Shown: piece by piece, positions 1 through 8,983 of the stretch
Layout of the letters: each line of letters opens with the position of its first letter
Position numbering within the stretch: position 1 is the stretch's first letter
DNA from: a virus
Length of the DNA stretch: 64,000 nt
Reading direction: 5' to 3' (one strand)
IMG/VR virus record: IMGVR_UViG_3300025732_000023
Span: 34,732-98,731 of that record
Notes under the pieces: model-generated
The model's input: the letters and a program-made list of their open reading frames with translations, nothing else
Databases searched by the model: none
What the model was told of the DNA's origin: nothing
Program-made: the position numbers and the translations under genes

Positions 1-409
1 TGCAGGTAAAGATGAAACGGCAATTACCAGCAAATTCCTCAATAAACGCCCGTAGGAGGAGTTGTACGTCGTTGCCTGTGTTGTCTGCCTCATCAATGAT
101 AACAACTTTGTGTTTAGCATCTGACGAAAGTGAGACGGTCGAAGCGAAGTTCTTCGCATTGTTTCGGACAGTATCGAGGAATCTACCCTCGTCGGATCCA
201 TTGATGACATAAACATCTACCCCCAATTCATTACAGAGTGCTTTTGCAACTGTGGTCTTACCAATTCCAGGAGGACCAGCAAGAAGCATATTTGGAATTT
301 CACCTTTATTTAGAAACTCCTGAAAAGTCTTCTTAGTACTTTCAGGAAGAATACAATCTTCAATTGTCTTGGGTCGGTACTTTTCGACCCAAATAAAATC
401 ACTGTTCAT
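1..409 (-). CDS. g44: clamp loader large subunit gp44 (truncated by window edge)
   Basis: Manual translation MNSDFIWVEKYRPKTIEDCILPE...GPPGIGKTT (Walker A)...IIDEAD; downstream of g45. Confidence 0.95.
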   Translation of the reverse strand, partial: MNSDFIWVEKYRPKTIEDCILPESTKKTFQEFLNKGEIPNMLLAGPPGIGKTTVAKALCNELGVDVYVINGSDEGRFLDTVRNNAKNFASTVSLSSDAKHKVVIIDEADNTGNDVQLLLRAFIEEFAGNCRFIFTC

Positions 410-411
410 AA

Positions 412-573
412 TCAATTTCCCTCATTTGGGTTGTTCAATCCAGAGTGTGCCCATTCATCATAATCATCCCACCAAGAATTTTCTTTATATTCTTTTATAA
501 TTTCTTGAGCCTCTTCAAGAGTAGATTTTTCCCAACGAGGATCATCAGTTGCTCTATCAATGTGGTTTTTCAT
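412..573 (-). CDS. small hypothetical protein (53 aa, not in ORF track)
   Basis: Manual translation MKNHIDRATDDPRWEKSTLEEAQEIIKEYKENSWWDDYDEWAHSGLNNPNEGN; fills the gap between flanking genes with 2-nt spacers. Confidence 0.7.
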   Translation of the reverse strand: MKNHIDRATDDPRWEKSTLEEAQEIIKEYKENSWWDDYDEWAHSGLNNPNEGN

Positions 574-575
574 AA

Positions 576-1088
576 TCAAATCCAATCAGGTTTACGTTGG
601 GGCATACGAAGGTAATTATCCTTCACCCAAGTTTTAGAAGCAATGTACCTTTTGTATGCAGTAAAGGTGTCAATGCTGTCATCAAATTTCCACTCTTCGG
701 GCATTGCCCTAGCAAACGGAGTCACATCAGTAATCTTCCCCTTTGGAAAAAGATAATAAGCATCTACAAGTGTTTTATAACACGAGTGAGTTTTATTATA
801 CCGCAGGCAGTATTCATCTGACAAGTTCAATCCCCACTTGATTAACCAGTAGGCATTATGGATACTTTCCAGTGCCCACTTGGTGCAGGGATGATTGCGG
901 AATGCTCCTTTCTCGGTCTTGTAGGGGGTTCCATCTGCCTTAGGGAGAGTGCCATAGTTATGACCCCACTTCTCAGATGCCACAATAGAAAGCATTTGAC
1001 AGCATTCCAGAGGCATCTTGACGATGTGTTTGTCAGGAAGACAAATAGCACTCTCAGCAGGCCAAGGAGAAGTTACGAAGATGTTCAT
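576..1088 (-). CDS. pyrimidine-dimer DNA glycosylase / endonuclease V-like protein
   Basis: MNIF...DKHIVKMPLECCQML and NHPCTKW motifs of the Pyr_excise-like family. Confidence 0.65.
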   Translation of the reverse strand: MNIFVTSPWPAESAICLPDKHIVKMPLECCQMLSIVASEKWGHNYGTLPKADGTPYKTEKGAFRNHPCTKWALESIHNAYWLIKWGLNLSDEYCLRYNKTHSCYKTLVDAYYLFPKGKITDVTPFARAMPEEWKFDDSIDTFTAYKRYIASKTWVKDNYLRMPQRKPDWI

Positions 1089-1777
1089 CCAAAGGTAGAA
1101 TCAGGTTCCAGAGCAATATAATACTTCAGATTGTACTTGGTGTTGGTGAACTGTGATAAAAGTTTAGAAGACACAACCACGTCATATGCACCAGGAATGA
1201 TCTTGATATTTTCTACCTTGAAGTTGAAGGTAAACTCATCATCAGTCTCACCAACTACAATCGCATACTCATTAGAGGTATCATTCTTCTTATCACGAAC
1301 CACCAGTTTGATCACACCATTCTCACCAACAGCAGACAAGTCAGGAAGTTGATAAACTGCTGCTGCCTTAACCAGTTTTTCAAGAGAAGTGCTGTCCAGT
1401 TGGAAACAAACATCTGCCGAAGGAAGTTGAATCTCCTTATCGGGAGGTGAAATAATCACATTAGGATCAGCATAAAAATACTTCACTCGACGCTTACCCT
1501 CTTTGATACTGAGATAAGACTGCTCAGTAAAATCAAGGTCAGGATCTTGGTGCAAACCAAGACCATTCAGAAACTGGTTCAGATCATAAATGGCGAAGTC
1601 ACGAGGAAACTCTTCCGTAATGTCTGCTTCTGCAAGAATATTCTTTGCAACAGAAATAGTGCGAAGTTTGTTACCCTCTTTCACAAGAATAGAATTATTG
1701 ATTCCCGCAAAGTTTTTGAGAATAACAAGGGTATTGTCAGAAAGTTTCATAGTTTTATCTTGGATTTTCATAATCAA
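1085..1777 (-). CDS. g45: DNA polymerase sliding clamp gp45
   Basis: MKLSDNTLVILKNFAGINNSIL...FAIYDLNQFL...YYIALE. Confidence 0.95.
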   Translation of the reverse strand: MIMKIQDKTMKLSDNTLVILKNFAGINNSILVKEGNKLRTISVAKNILAEADITEEFPRDFAIYDLNQFLNGLGLHQDPDLDFTEQSYLSIKEGKRRVKYFYADPNVIISPPDKEIQLPSADVCFQLDSTSLEKLVKAAAVYQLPDLSAVGENGVIKLVVRDKKNDTSNEYAIVVGETDDEFTFNFKVENIKIIPGAYDVVVSSKLLSQFTNTKYNLKYYIALEPDSTFG

Positions 1778-2283
1778 TAAGGATAGTTGTTAGAATTATT
1801 CTTGTGCAGACCAGCAAAGTGATAAAGAAGAACACAATAGTGGATTGCTTTCAGAATGTCCATCTTAGATTTACCATTCTTCTTACCAAAGCGCGAGAGA
1901 TATTTGATAGCATTTGAACGAGTAAATGCTTCTGCATCACCAATACTCTCAATCAAATCAAGAGTTTGAGTTTTAGATTGTTCAGAAGTGTAATGAGAAT
2001 GATAAGTACTTGAAAGGTATTCTTCTACTGCTTTCAGAGTTTTATCTTCTTCATATTTCCAGAAACCGTTTTTGTTCGTGTCTTCGGGCATTTTCAAATC
2101 AAAAGTAATAGTATCAGGTGAGTGATTTCCAAAATAAGAGAATGGAACAGACTGTGCTGCGTAAATAAAATCTTGGGCACCACTAAAAGAAATAGTATCA
2201 GATCCTTCACCACCATAGATTACAGTATCTTTCCAAGAATCTGGAAGTGAATTTTCGTAAGTGCTCTCAAAGTTTTCTGACAT
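1774..2283 (-). CDS. DUF3310 / T7 gp1.7-like putative nucleotide kinase domain protein
   Basis: HY...DLIE...F...NAIKYLSRFGKK...DILKAIHY motif in the C-terminal half. Confidence 0.65.
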   Translation of the reverse strand: MSENFESTYENSLPDSWKDTVIYGGEGSDTISFSGAQDFIYAAQSVPFSYFGNHSPDTITFDLKMPEDTNKNGFWKYEEDKTLKAVEEYLSSTYHSHYTSEQSKTQTLDLIESIGDAEAFTRSNAIKYLSRFGKKNGKSKMDILKAIHYCVLLYHFAGLHKNNSNNYPY

Positions 2284-2304
2284 TTTGTTTCATAGTAAAG
2301 GATA

Positions 2305-2326
2305 AAAAGGAGGCACATTGACCTCC
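2305..2326 (-). terminator. putative intrinsic terminator after cobS
   Basis: GGAGGT-CAATGT-GCCTCC stem followed by a T run on the minus strand. Confidence 0.5.
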
Positions 2327-2330
2327 ATAT

Positions 2331-2359
2331 ATTCTATCAGTTTGCCTGCTGTTCGTCAA
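2331..2359 (-). promoter_or_regulatory. sigma70-type promoter for DUF3310-g45-g44 genes
   Basis: TTGACG-N17-TAGAAT on the minus strand. Confidence 0.7.
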
Positions 2360-3440
2360 CAGGAAGTTGGAAATCAACATCAACCTTGTCGTACAGTTCA
2401 AGAAATCCTTGCTTGCTTACATCATCAAAACGATTAATGCACACTTGAATTGCTTTTGCCTTGTCACCAAAGATGCTATAAGCACGAATGATGTGAACCA
2501 GGCGGCGAGTGCTGATGATTTCCTCAATACCACCATCGTAGAAGGTCTTGCGGATGATATCTGCCCAGTCCACCAGGCGCTTGCAGAAATCACGGTCTTC
2601 TACGCCAAGATCCAGAGCGATGCCTTCCAGGATCTTCTGCTCGGTCGCAGGGGCGGGATAGGACTGTTCAAAGGTCACAGGGAATCGTTCCAGGAATGCC
2701 TCATTGAGCACATTGGTGCCGATGAAGCGACCGTCATCAGAACCCTTACCTTTGGTGTTAGCGGTGGCAATCACATTGAAACCAGCAGCAGGTTTCACAA
2801 AGCGACCAATCTTTTTAAGGAACACACCCTTACCTTCCAGAATAGATTGAAGGCACAGGATCTTGTTGGAAGCAAGGTCAATCTCATCCAGCAGCAACAC
2901 GGCACCACGTTCAAGTGCTTCCACCACAGGACCATTGTGCCACACGGTTTCGCCATTCACCAGACGGAAACCACCGATCAGGTCATCTTCATCGGTTTCA
3001 ATGGTGATGTTTACACGAATAAGTTCGCGTTTGAGTTGAGCACACGCTTGCTCCACAGAGAACGTTTTACCGTTACCCGAAAGACCCGTAATGAACGCAG
3101 GATAAAAGATACGGGACTGAATAATTTTTTTAATATCGTTAAAGTTACCAAACTTGACGAAGGTATCATCTTTGTCAGGAATAAGATTTTGTTCAGTGGC
3201 AGGAAGAACGGCAGGTGCTTGGAAAGAACGCTCAATCTCATCAACACGTTGTTGAGTCACTTCCAAATTCCAACGACCACGTGAGGTTTTATAGTTTTCA
3301 AGGCGACGAGTTACAGTTTGATAGTTCAGAGAACGAGAAGCACAAAATCCTTTCAGATCTCCAGCAGTGATTTCAGATCCGTAAAGTTCTTTGATGCTTT
3401 CAATAAGTTGTTGATCGTTCACGGAAGACTTGCGAGGCAT
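2337..3440 (-). CDS. cobS: CobS-like MoxR AAA+ ATPase
   Basis: Walker A GLSGNGKT, Walker B LLLDEID, ATANTKG, FLERF, STRRL. Confidence 0.9.
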   Translation of the reverse strand: MPRKSSVNDQQLIESIKELYGSEITAGDLKGFCASRSLNYQTVTRRLENYKTSRGRWNLEVTQQRVDEIERSFQAPAVLPATEQNLIPDKDDTFVKFGNFNDIKKIIQSRIFYPAFITGLSGNGKTFSVEQACAQLKRELIRVNITIETDEDDLIGGFRLVNGETVWHNGPVVEALERGAVLLLDEIDLASNKILCLQSILEGKGVFLKKIGRFVKPAAGFNVIATANTKGKGSDDGRFIGTNVLNEAFLERFPVTFEQSYPAPATEQKILEGIALDLGVEDRDFCKRLVDWADIIRKTFYDGGIEEIISTRRLVHIIRAYSIFGDKAKAIQVCINRFDDVSKQGFLELYDKVDVDFQLPVDEQQAN

Positions 3441-3472
3441 GATGTAGTTAGGTTGTTTGTTTCAACAAAGTA

Positions 3473-3527
3473 ATTATACAAGCAAAAGGGGGGTAAAAAC
3501 CCCCCAATGTGCCAGTTTGAAAATTGG
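3473..3527 (-). promoter_or_regulatory. motif-hairpin-TATAAT composite promoter/terminator upstream of cobS
   Basis: CCAATTTTCAAACTGGCACATT, G6/C6 hairpin, T run, TATAAT. Confidence 0.7.
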
Positions 3528-3528
3528 A

Positions 3529-5673
3529 TCAGGCAACCAACTCCACAAATTCCCCAAGAATTTTTTTGTTCATCTTTTTGGACTTCAAACTCTTAACAAA
3601 AGCAGATTTGATTTGTGCTTTGGTTGCACATTCGTGTACATCAAATTCACTGTCCTGAGCAAGGGCGCTAGCAGAAAGACCGAAGTAAGAATGATACCCA
3701 GACTTCTTAATAGTGAATGCTTTCTCTTTTTTCCAAGAACTCATTGTCTTTTCATAATCAGGTCCAAAGAATCCACAGTAACGACGAATGAAAGAACCAG
3801 CATCACGTGATTCAAGAACACGAATACCAATGAAGTTAATATCAGCAAACCTATCCCGAAGATTGCGAAGCAGAATGTCAGTAAACTCGTGATAATCACA
3901 ATCACAAGAATAAGTCATACCAGTCTTACGATCACGAATGAATGCATTAGGACCGATATGTGACGTGCCCATAAAAGGTTCTTCCTCCCAGCGACGCTGA
4001 ACTTCACGGTGATATTTGAGCATAGATCCTTCACCATCACTCAATACAACACACTGAACTTTTTGAAGTTTGTTTTCACTCTGAAACTTTGGAAGAATCT
4101 GATGAAGAGAAATCATTGCCTCATTCAAAGGAGTGCCAGAAAGACTCATTCCAAGAGGAGCAGAATAACGTACATATGAATTATATCGGAAGGATGCTGC
4201 AAGGCGAAAGATATTTTTCATTTGAATATCCAACGTCTTACCATTCACTTTACTAGTAATCAGATTCATCATAGAGAACCATTCACCAACTTGAACAAGA
4301 CCATCACGCTTTTTGTAGGAGAGTTCACGAAGGTTTGCTTTGCCTTCTGCATCATAACTTACAAGAGGATAATCGGTAGTGAAAGCATAAACTTCAAAAG
4401 GAATAGAAACTTTTTTGCAGAACCAAACAAGATTGAAAAGTTGCTTAACAGTATCCACCATTACATTACCCATTGAACCAGACCAGTCCAGCACAAACAC
4501 CAGACCGTGATTCTTACCATCAGCAAGTGTAGTTACTTTGCTGAAGATATCTTCATTGTACTTATAAGTATGCAGTTTAGAGCAATCCAAAACACCAGTG
4601 CGAGAAGTTGAGGCACGTGCATAAGAATCTGCTGCCTTCCGACACTCAAACTCTTTCACTAGATAGTTGACTTCTTTTTGAGCAGAACGCTTGAACTCAG
4701 CAAACTTCTTATCAACCTCACCAAAAATATCATTTTCAGAGTATTCATTTTTTTCAAGGTAGTTGCCCCACTCCAAAAGACACTTTTGATGAATCTCCGA
4801 GTTAGGAACAATAATCTTATTCAGATCAACCTGAGGAAGTTCAAGATAAACATTCTCATAACCGTCATTATTGACTAGATCTTTAAGTGCCTCTTCAAGA
4901 TTATCCATCGTCTTAACTTCAGGTTCTTCATCTTTCTCAGAACCCTGAGAAGTAGATTGCTTCTCCTGCCCAGTTTCGCTAGACGTAGGAGATTCGGAAG
5001 TTTCATCCTGAGGTTGGTCATTCTCACCCTCTTGCTGATCTGAAAAATCAGAGGCAGGTTGTTGACTTGCACCAGAATCCTGCGATTCCAGATTGTCCAT
5101 CGGAGTCTTGGTTTCTTCCTCTTGCTTATGCTTACAATACTTATAAAGTGCTTCTGCAGCAATCAGAACATCGGCAAAGGTTTCGGTTTCTGCAATCAGG
5201 TTGATAATCTCAGTCTCTTCACCACGCTCAATAGGCACATCAACATAGTTACCAACCTTGAACCACAGGTTTGCACGGTCGGCAAGATTATAAGTATCCA
5301 GATTATCATCCTTGATTTGGAAGAAATCCTCATCAGCAAGTTCTTTGTATCCGTTATAGAAGGTCTTGGCAAGACCAGCATAACGACGTTTCATTAGTTT
5401 CTCAATGCGAGCATCCTCCACCACATTCACAAACTGTGGAGGAATCTTGTGTTCCTTCAACCAATCTTCATCAGGTGTATAAAGAGCGTGTCCGACTTCG
5501 TGACCCACCAGAAGATCATAAACAGTTCCACTTGCACGTTCCCATAGAGGAAGAGTCAGAACACGAGTATGAACATTGAAACAAGCAGTCTCCACCTTCT
5601 TATGCTCAACCACAAGATCTTCTGTGGCAAGAAGTTTAGCAAGTTGGGACTTGATTTCGTGGCGAACGGTCAT
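3529..5673 (-). CDS. CobT-like protein: N-terminal HExxH metallopeptidase domain, acidic linker, vWA domain
   Basis: HEVGH...NVVEDARIE; MIDAS DWSGSM, GTPL, LSDGE; adjacent to MoxR ATPase. Confidence 0.8.
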   Translation of the reverse strand: MTVRHEIKSQLAKLLATEDLVVEHKKVETACFNVHTRVLTLPLWERASGTVYDLLVGHEVGHALYTPDEDWLKEHKIPPQFVNVVEDARIEKLMKRRYAGLAKTFYNGYKELADEDFFQIKDDNLDTYNLADRANLWFKVGNYVDVPIERGEETEIINLIAETETFADVLIAAEALYKYCKHKQEEETKTPMDNLESQDSGASQQPASDFSDQQEGENDQPQDETSESPTSSETGQEKQSTSQGSEKDEEPEVKTMDNLEEALKDLVNNDGYENVYLELPQVDLNKIIVPNSEIHQKCLLEWGNYLEKNEYSENDIFGEVDKKFAEFKRSAQKEVNYLVKEFECRKAADSYARASTSRTGVLDCSKLHTYKYNEDIFSKVTTLADGKNHGLVFVLDWSGSMGNVMVDTVKQLFNLVWFCKKVSIPFEVYAFTTDYPLVSYDAEGKANLRELSYKKRDGLVQVGEWFSMMNLITSKVNGKTLDIQMKNIFRLAASFRYNSYVRYSAPLGMSLSGTPLNEAMISLHQILPKFQSENKLQKVQCVVLSDGEGSMLKYHREVQRRWEEEPFMGTSHIGPNAFIRDRKTGMTYSCDCDYHEFTDILLRNLRDRFADINFIGIRVLESRDAGSFIRRYCGFFGPDYEKTMSSWKKEKAFTIKKSGYHSYFGLSASALAQDSEFDVHECATKAQIKSAFVKSLKSKKMNKKILGEFVELVA

Positions 5674-5695
5674 AGGTCTGATTCTTTACAGGACC

Positions 5696-5750
5696 ATTAT
5701 ACAAAAAAAGGAGGTCAGAAGACCTCCTAATGTGCCAGTTTGGGAAGTGG
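5696..5750 (-). promoter_or_regulatory. motif-hairpin-TATAAT composite promoter/terminator upstream of vWA-peptidase gene
   Basis: CCACTTCCCAAACTGGCACATT, GGAGGTC/GACCTCC hairpin, T run, TATAAT. Confidence 0.7.
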
Positions 5751-5751
5751 G

Positions 5752-6423
5752 TCAGACTCCCTTTAAACGAATTCCAGTGATCGGATCATAACCTGGTTTG
5801 TCACCTTTGTATGTGCCACCCGCATTTCCTGATCCTCCTTTATTCACAATCCCCTTTGCTCTCTGATAATCAGGAGATTCTAAATCTTTATCTTTTGGGA
5901 TTAATTGCTCAACAATACTTCCTTTCCACTCTTCACTCATATTTGCCATAATAGCAAGAGCTGCTTGATTGGTATCAGCGTAACCTTCGGCAACTAGGTA
6001 TTCTAGAATAACATCAAAAAGATCAGTTTCTACTTCTTCCTTTGCTTGTGCCTTGAACATCGCAGCAGCAGCAACTCTTTCACCTGCTTCCTTTGAACCA
6101 TACTGCTTTGCCGCTTTTTCTGCAACCTTTTCAAAACCTTTACCCGGTTTGCCGATATCTTTACCAGCACGTGCTTTCTTAGCAAGTGCAGAACGCTCCT
6201 CCGCAGAAGGCATTACTTTCTTACCAGTCCCGTGAGCAATTCTTTTTGCTTCGGTAACTTCTTCTTTCTTCTTTTCTTTCTTCTTACCATTCATTTCAGG
6301 AGTCTCTTTTTCAGTCTTCTCCTCATCCTCACACTCACAATCAGATTCAACAATGACTTCTTCTGGTTGAGCATAAACGGAAGCATACGCCTCCATCAGA
6401 TCTTTTACTAGTTTTGCTTCCAT
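5752..6423 (-). CDS. hypothetical late protein, probable internal virion protein with LxxEGY module
   Basis: N-terminal LMEAYASVY; FDVILEYLVAEGYADTNQAALAIMANMSEEW module; late-type CTAAATA at 6444-6450. Confidence 0.75.
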   Translation of the reverse strand: MEAKLVKDLMEAYASVYAQPEEVIVESDCECEDEEKTEKETPEMNGKKKEKKKEEVTEAKRIAHGTGKKVMPSAEERSALAKKARAGKDIGKPGKGFEKVAEKAAKQYGSKEAGERVAAAAMFKAQAKEEVETDLFDVILEYLVAEGYADTNQAALAIMANMSEEWKGSIVEQLIPKDKDLESPDYQRAKGIVNKGGSGNAGGTYKGDKPGYDPITGIRLKGV

Positions 6424-6453
6424 TTTACCAATAGTTTTTTAGTTATTTAGCAT

Positions 6454-8820
6454 TTAACCAATATCACCCTCTGTTGGGGCACCATATCTCCTCAACCAAA
6501 TCTTAGTACCAAGTTCTTTTGCTTTTGCAGGATCTGATACTCTCAATCTTTCATATTTTTGCAATTCTGGATCAATTGGTTTAGCAGCAGGTTTTACTGC
6601 TGGTTTGGCAGCGGCAGGTTTTACTGCTGGTTTGGCAGCGGCAGGTTTTACTGCTGGTTTGGCAGCGGCAGGTTTTGCCGCAGGTTTTGGAGAAACACCT
6701 GCTCTCCTCAGAATTTCGGGAGTAGGCATTGGATCATTTGGAACACCTTTATTAAGATCTCCACGAGCTCTGGCAGCAGTTAATGTGCCATCAGCAGTTG
6801 GTCTAGGTGCCATTACAGCAGCGGCAACTCCAAGTGGCGTAAGATTTCTAAGTGAAGCAAGTGTTCCAAGTCCTTGAAGAAGTTTAGATCCACCACCAGG
6901 CATTTGTGGTTTTACTGATGGTTTTGTGGAGGTTGATGGTTTTGGTGTCAACTTATCAACACCAGATGGTTTAGGAGCAGGTTTAGATGCTGGTTTTGTA
7001 CTTGGAAGTTCTCCCATTAAACCACCACCAGTCATTCTATTCAATCTCTGAACATCTTGGAACTGTTGAGATCTTACTGAAGTTGCAGGTTTTGCTGCCT
7101 GAGTTGCTGCTGTTGGTTTTGCAGCAGGAAGCAATCCACGAACATTGGTCTGTGACGGTCTTAATTGAGATTGTGGTTTAACTGCTTGTTGTACTCTACC
7201 CCACAAGTTTCTAGCACCAGAGACAGTATCAGAAACTTGCCTCCAAGGATCTGGAAGAATATTTCTAACACCTTGTGGCAATAAACCACGAGGATTCGAT
7301 CCAGATAATCTTGTTGAAGATGGCAATTCTCTAACAGTTACTGGTTGAATTCTTGTACTTACTGGTTTTCCAGTAAGTGGTTTAGCAGTAGGAGTTATAG
7401 CACCAGGTTTAGCAGTAGGAGTTATAGCACCACCAGGAGTAGCACGAGTTATAGCACCACCGCGAGCAGAACTAGACGAAGGTGGTAATGCTCCACGAAC
7501 ATTAGGACCAGAAGAACCAGTTAGTGCTCTTGTTGATGTGGTTGGTTTAGTGGATGATGGTTTAGTAATATCTTGAATTCTATTTCCTGTTGTTCCACCT
7601 CTCCAAGGATCTGGAGAAATGTTTGATCCCCTAGGAGAAGTTCTAATAGTTTGCGTAGATGTTCTAATAATTGGTGCTGGTGACTGTGCTCTTACATTTG
7701 GTGCCTTTACTGGTGCAGATGCAGATGGTGCAGACCCTGCTCCAATAGATGTTCCAAGAATATCAGATACTCCTGCTCTTAAAACATTTCTGGCAACTTG
7801 CCCAGCAGTAACTCCAGGTTTTCCAATTCCAGTTCTACTCTGAACTGCTCTAATAAAATCATTCCAAGCCGCTTCATTTACAAGTTCAACCATAATTTGG
7901 TTGCTCTGTTGCTCAGTATATCCCTCATCAAGAAGAATTTCTAGAACTTGATCATAGATATTAACTTCTTCTTTAACTGGTGATGATATTTTTGTCCAAT
8001 CAGTTTGTCGAATAGCATTACGATTTATAATTGGAATTGGAGGAGGAACAGGTCCACCTCTAAATGTAGGTCCAGGACCCATTGTTGTACCAAAGTCTCC
8101 TGGTTTAATTTCTGGTTTAGGTGTAGGAAGGGTAGTAGTAGAAGTTGGTGCAGTTGGTTTCACAACAGCAGTAGGTTCGGGAGTGCCACTCATCATTCTC
8201 TGAACTCTTTCCTGCCCTTCAATACCTGCTCTAAGTTTATCAGGGCCAAGAAGTCTCTTTGCTCTTGCACTCATTAATGCTTGTGCTTCTTTCGAAGGAC
8301 CTGCCATCGTTGCCTGAGCAGATGCCTTACGGAGATCATCAAGTTCTTGTTGAAATGACTTTTGAGGAGCGGCAGGAGGAGTAACAGTAGAAGAAGTGCT
8401 GCTAGGACTGGCAGTGGTTGTAGATGGTTGAGAAGTTACTGGCGTAACTGTTCTTTTACCAGATGCATCATATGATACATTTACAGGTTTTCCACCAAGA
8501 GTTGCTGGATATTGTTTACCAACTGTTACGGTTCCACCCTTACCACCAGCGGCAGCAACTGTTTGCGAACTAGTTGTAGTTGGTTTAGGTGATGTTTGAG
8601 TAGTAGTAGTAGCGGTAGTTGTTGTTTGTACTGGTTTTGGTTTAGGTGCTGTAGATGCCGCCTTCAATTCATCAGGAGTTGGTGTTGTTCTTCCATCGGT
8701 AGGATAAGTCAGTGTTCCATCAGGTTTTACCAAATACCGATTTCCACCAAATACGGTATATTGTTGCTCATAAATTGAATTATATGCTTCTTGTAAACTT
8801 TTATAATTTTTGTCGCTCAT
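6454..8820 (-). CDS. large low-complexity Pro/Thr/Lys/Ala-rich late protein, probable internal virion protein
   Basis: 788-aa ORF; N-terminal LQEAYNSIYE, central YDQVLEILLDEGY module; late-type ATAAATA at 8842-8848. Confidence 0.75.
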   Translation of the reverse strand: MSDKNYKSLQEAYNSIYEQQYTVFGGNRYLVKPDGTLTYPTDGRTTPTPDELKAASTAPKPKPVQTTTTATTTTQTSPKPTTTSSQTVAAAGGKGGTVTVGKQYPATLGGKPVNVSYDASGKRTVTPVTSQPSTTTASPSSTSSTVTPPAAPQKSFQQELDDLRKASAQATMAGPSKEAQALMSARAKRLLGPDKLRAGIEGQERVQRMMSGTPEPTAVVKPTAPTSTTTLPTPKPEIKPGDFGTTMGPGPTFRGGPVPPPIPIINRNAIRQTDWTKISSPVKEEVNIYDQVLEILLDEGYTEQQSNQIMVELVNEAAWNDFIRAVQSRTGIGKPGVTAGQVARNVLRAGVSDILGTSIGAGSAPSASAPVKAPNVRAQSPAPIIRTSTQTIRTSPRGSNISPDPWRGGTTGNRIQDITKPSSTKPTTSTRALTGSSGPNVRGALPPSSSSARGGAITRATPGGAITPTAKPGAITPTAKPLTGKPVSTRIQPVTVRELPSSTRLSGSNPRGLLPQGVRNILPDPWRQVSDTVSGARNLWGRVQQAVKPQSQLRPSQTNVRGLLPAAKPTAATQAAKPATSVRSQQFQDVQRLNRMTGGGLMGELPSTKPASKPAPKPSGVDKLTPKPSTSTKPSVKPQMPGGGSKLLQGLGTLASLRNLTPLGVAAAVMAPRPTADGTLTAARARGDLNKGVPNDPMPTPEILRRAGVSPKPAAKPAAAKPAVKPAAAKPAVKPAAAKPAVKPAAKPIDPELQKYERLRVSDPAKAKELGTKIWLRRYGAPTEGDIG
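6587..6676. repeat. 27-bp perfect tandem repeat, three copies plus a partial (encodes AAKPAVKPA)
   Basis: gcaggttttactgctggtttggcagcg at 6587, 6614, 6641. Confidence 0.9.
7379..7432. repeat. 27-bp tandem repeat, two copies (encodes GAITPTAKP), followed by a degenerate third copy
   Basis: ggtttagcagtaggagttatagcacca at 7379 and 7406. Confidence 0.85.
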
Positions 8821-8836
8821 CTCTAAAAGACACTTT

Positions 8837-8983
8837 TTAGATATTTATCAAAAAAGAAGCGCCCCCATTTTGGAGACGCTTCTTGAGTGCTTGGCGACGT
8901 GCTTTTGCTTGTCGGAGTGCTTGCGGTTTTAGTTTTCGCTTTTGCTCCTTTTTTGAATGGTGGTAGCGATTTGGGACTTGCAT
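8837..8983 (-). CDS. small basic hypothetical protein (48 aa, not in ORF track)
   Basis: MQVPNRYHHSKKEQKRKLKPQALRQAKARRQALKKRLQNGGASFLINI; TAATG overlap with g46 stop. Confidence 0.7.
   Translation of the reverse strand: MQVPNRYHHSKKEQKRKLKPQALRQAKARRQALKKRLQNGGASFLINI
8850..8882 (-). terminator. intrinsic terminator of the g47-g46 unit
   Basis: GAAGCGTCTCC-AAAAT-GGGGGCGCTTC followed by T6. Confidence 0.7.

Noticed and set aside
2367-3284. 305-aa plus-strand ORF
   Set aside because: Codon-aligned antisense shadow of cobS, favoured by its GC-richer codon usage; no recognisable motifs
3506-3519. TGGCAC as a sigma54 -24 box
   Set aside because: No TTGC at the required spacing, a TATAAT is present instead, and cyanobacteria lack sigma54
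6587-6676. Possible CRISPR-like array
   Set aside because: Head-to-tail repeats without spacers, in frame within a coding sequence
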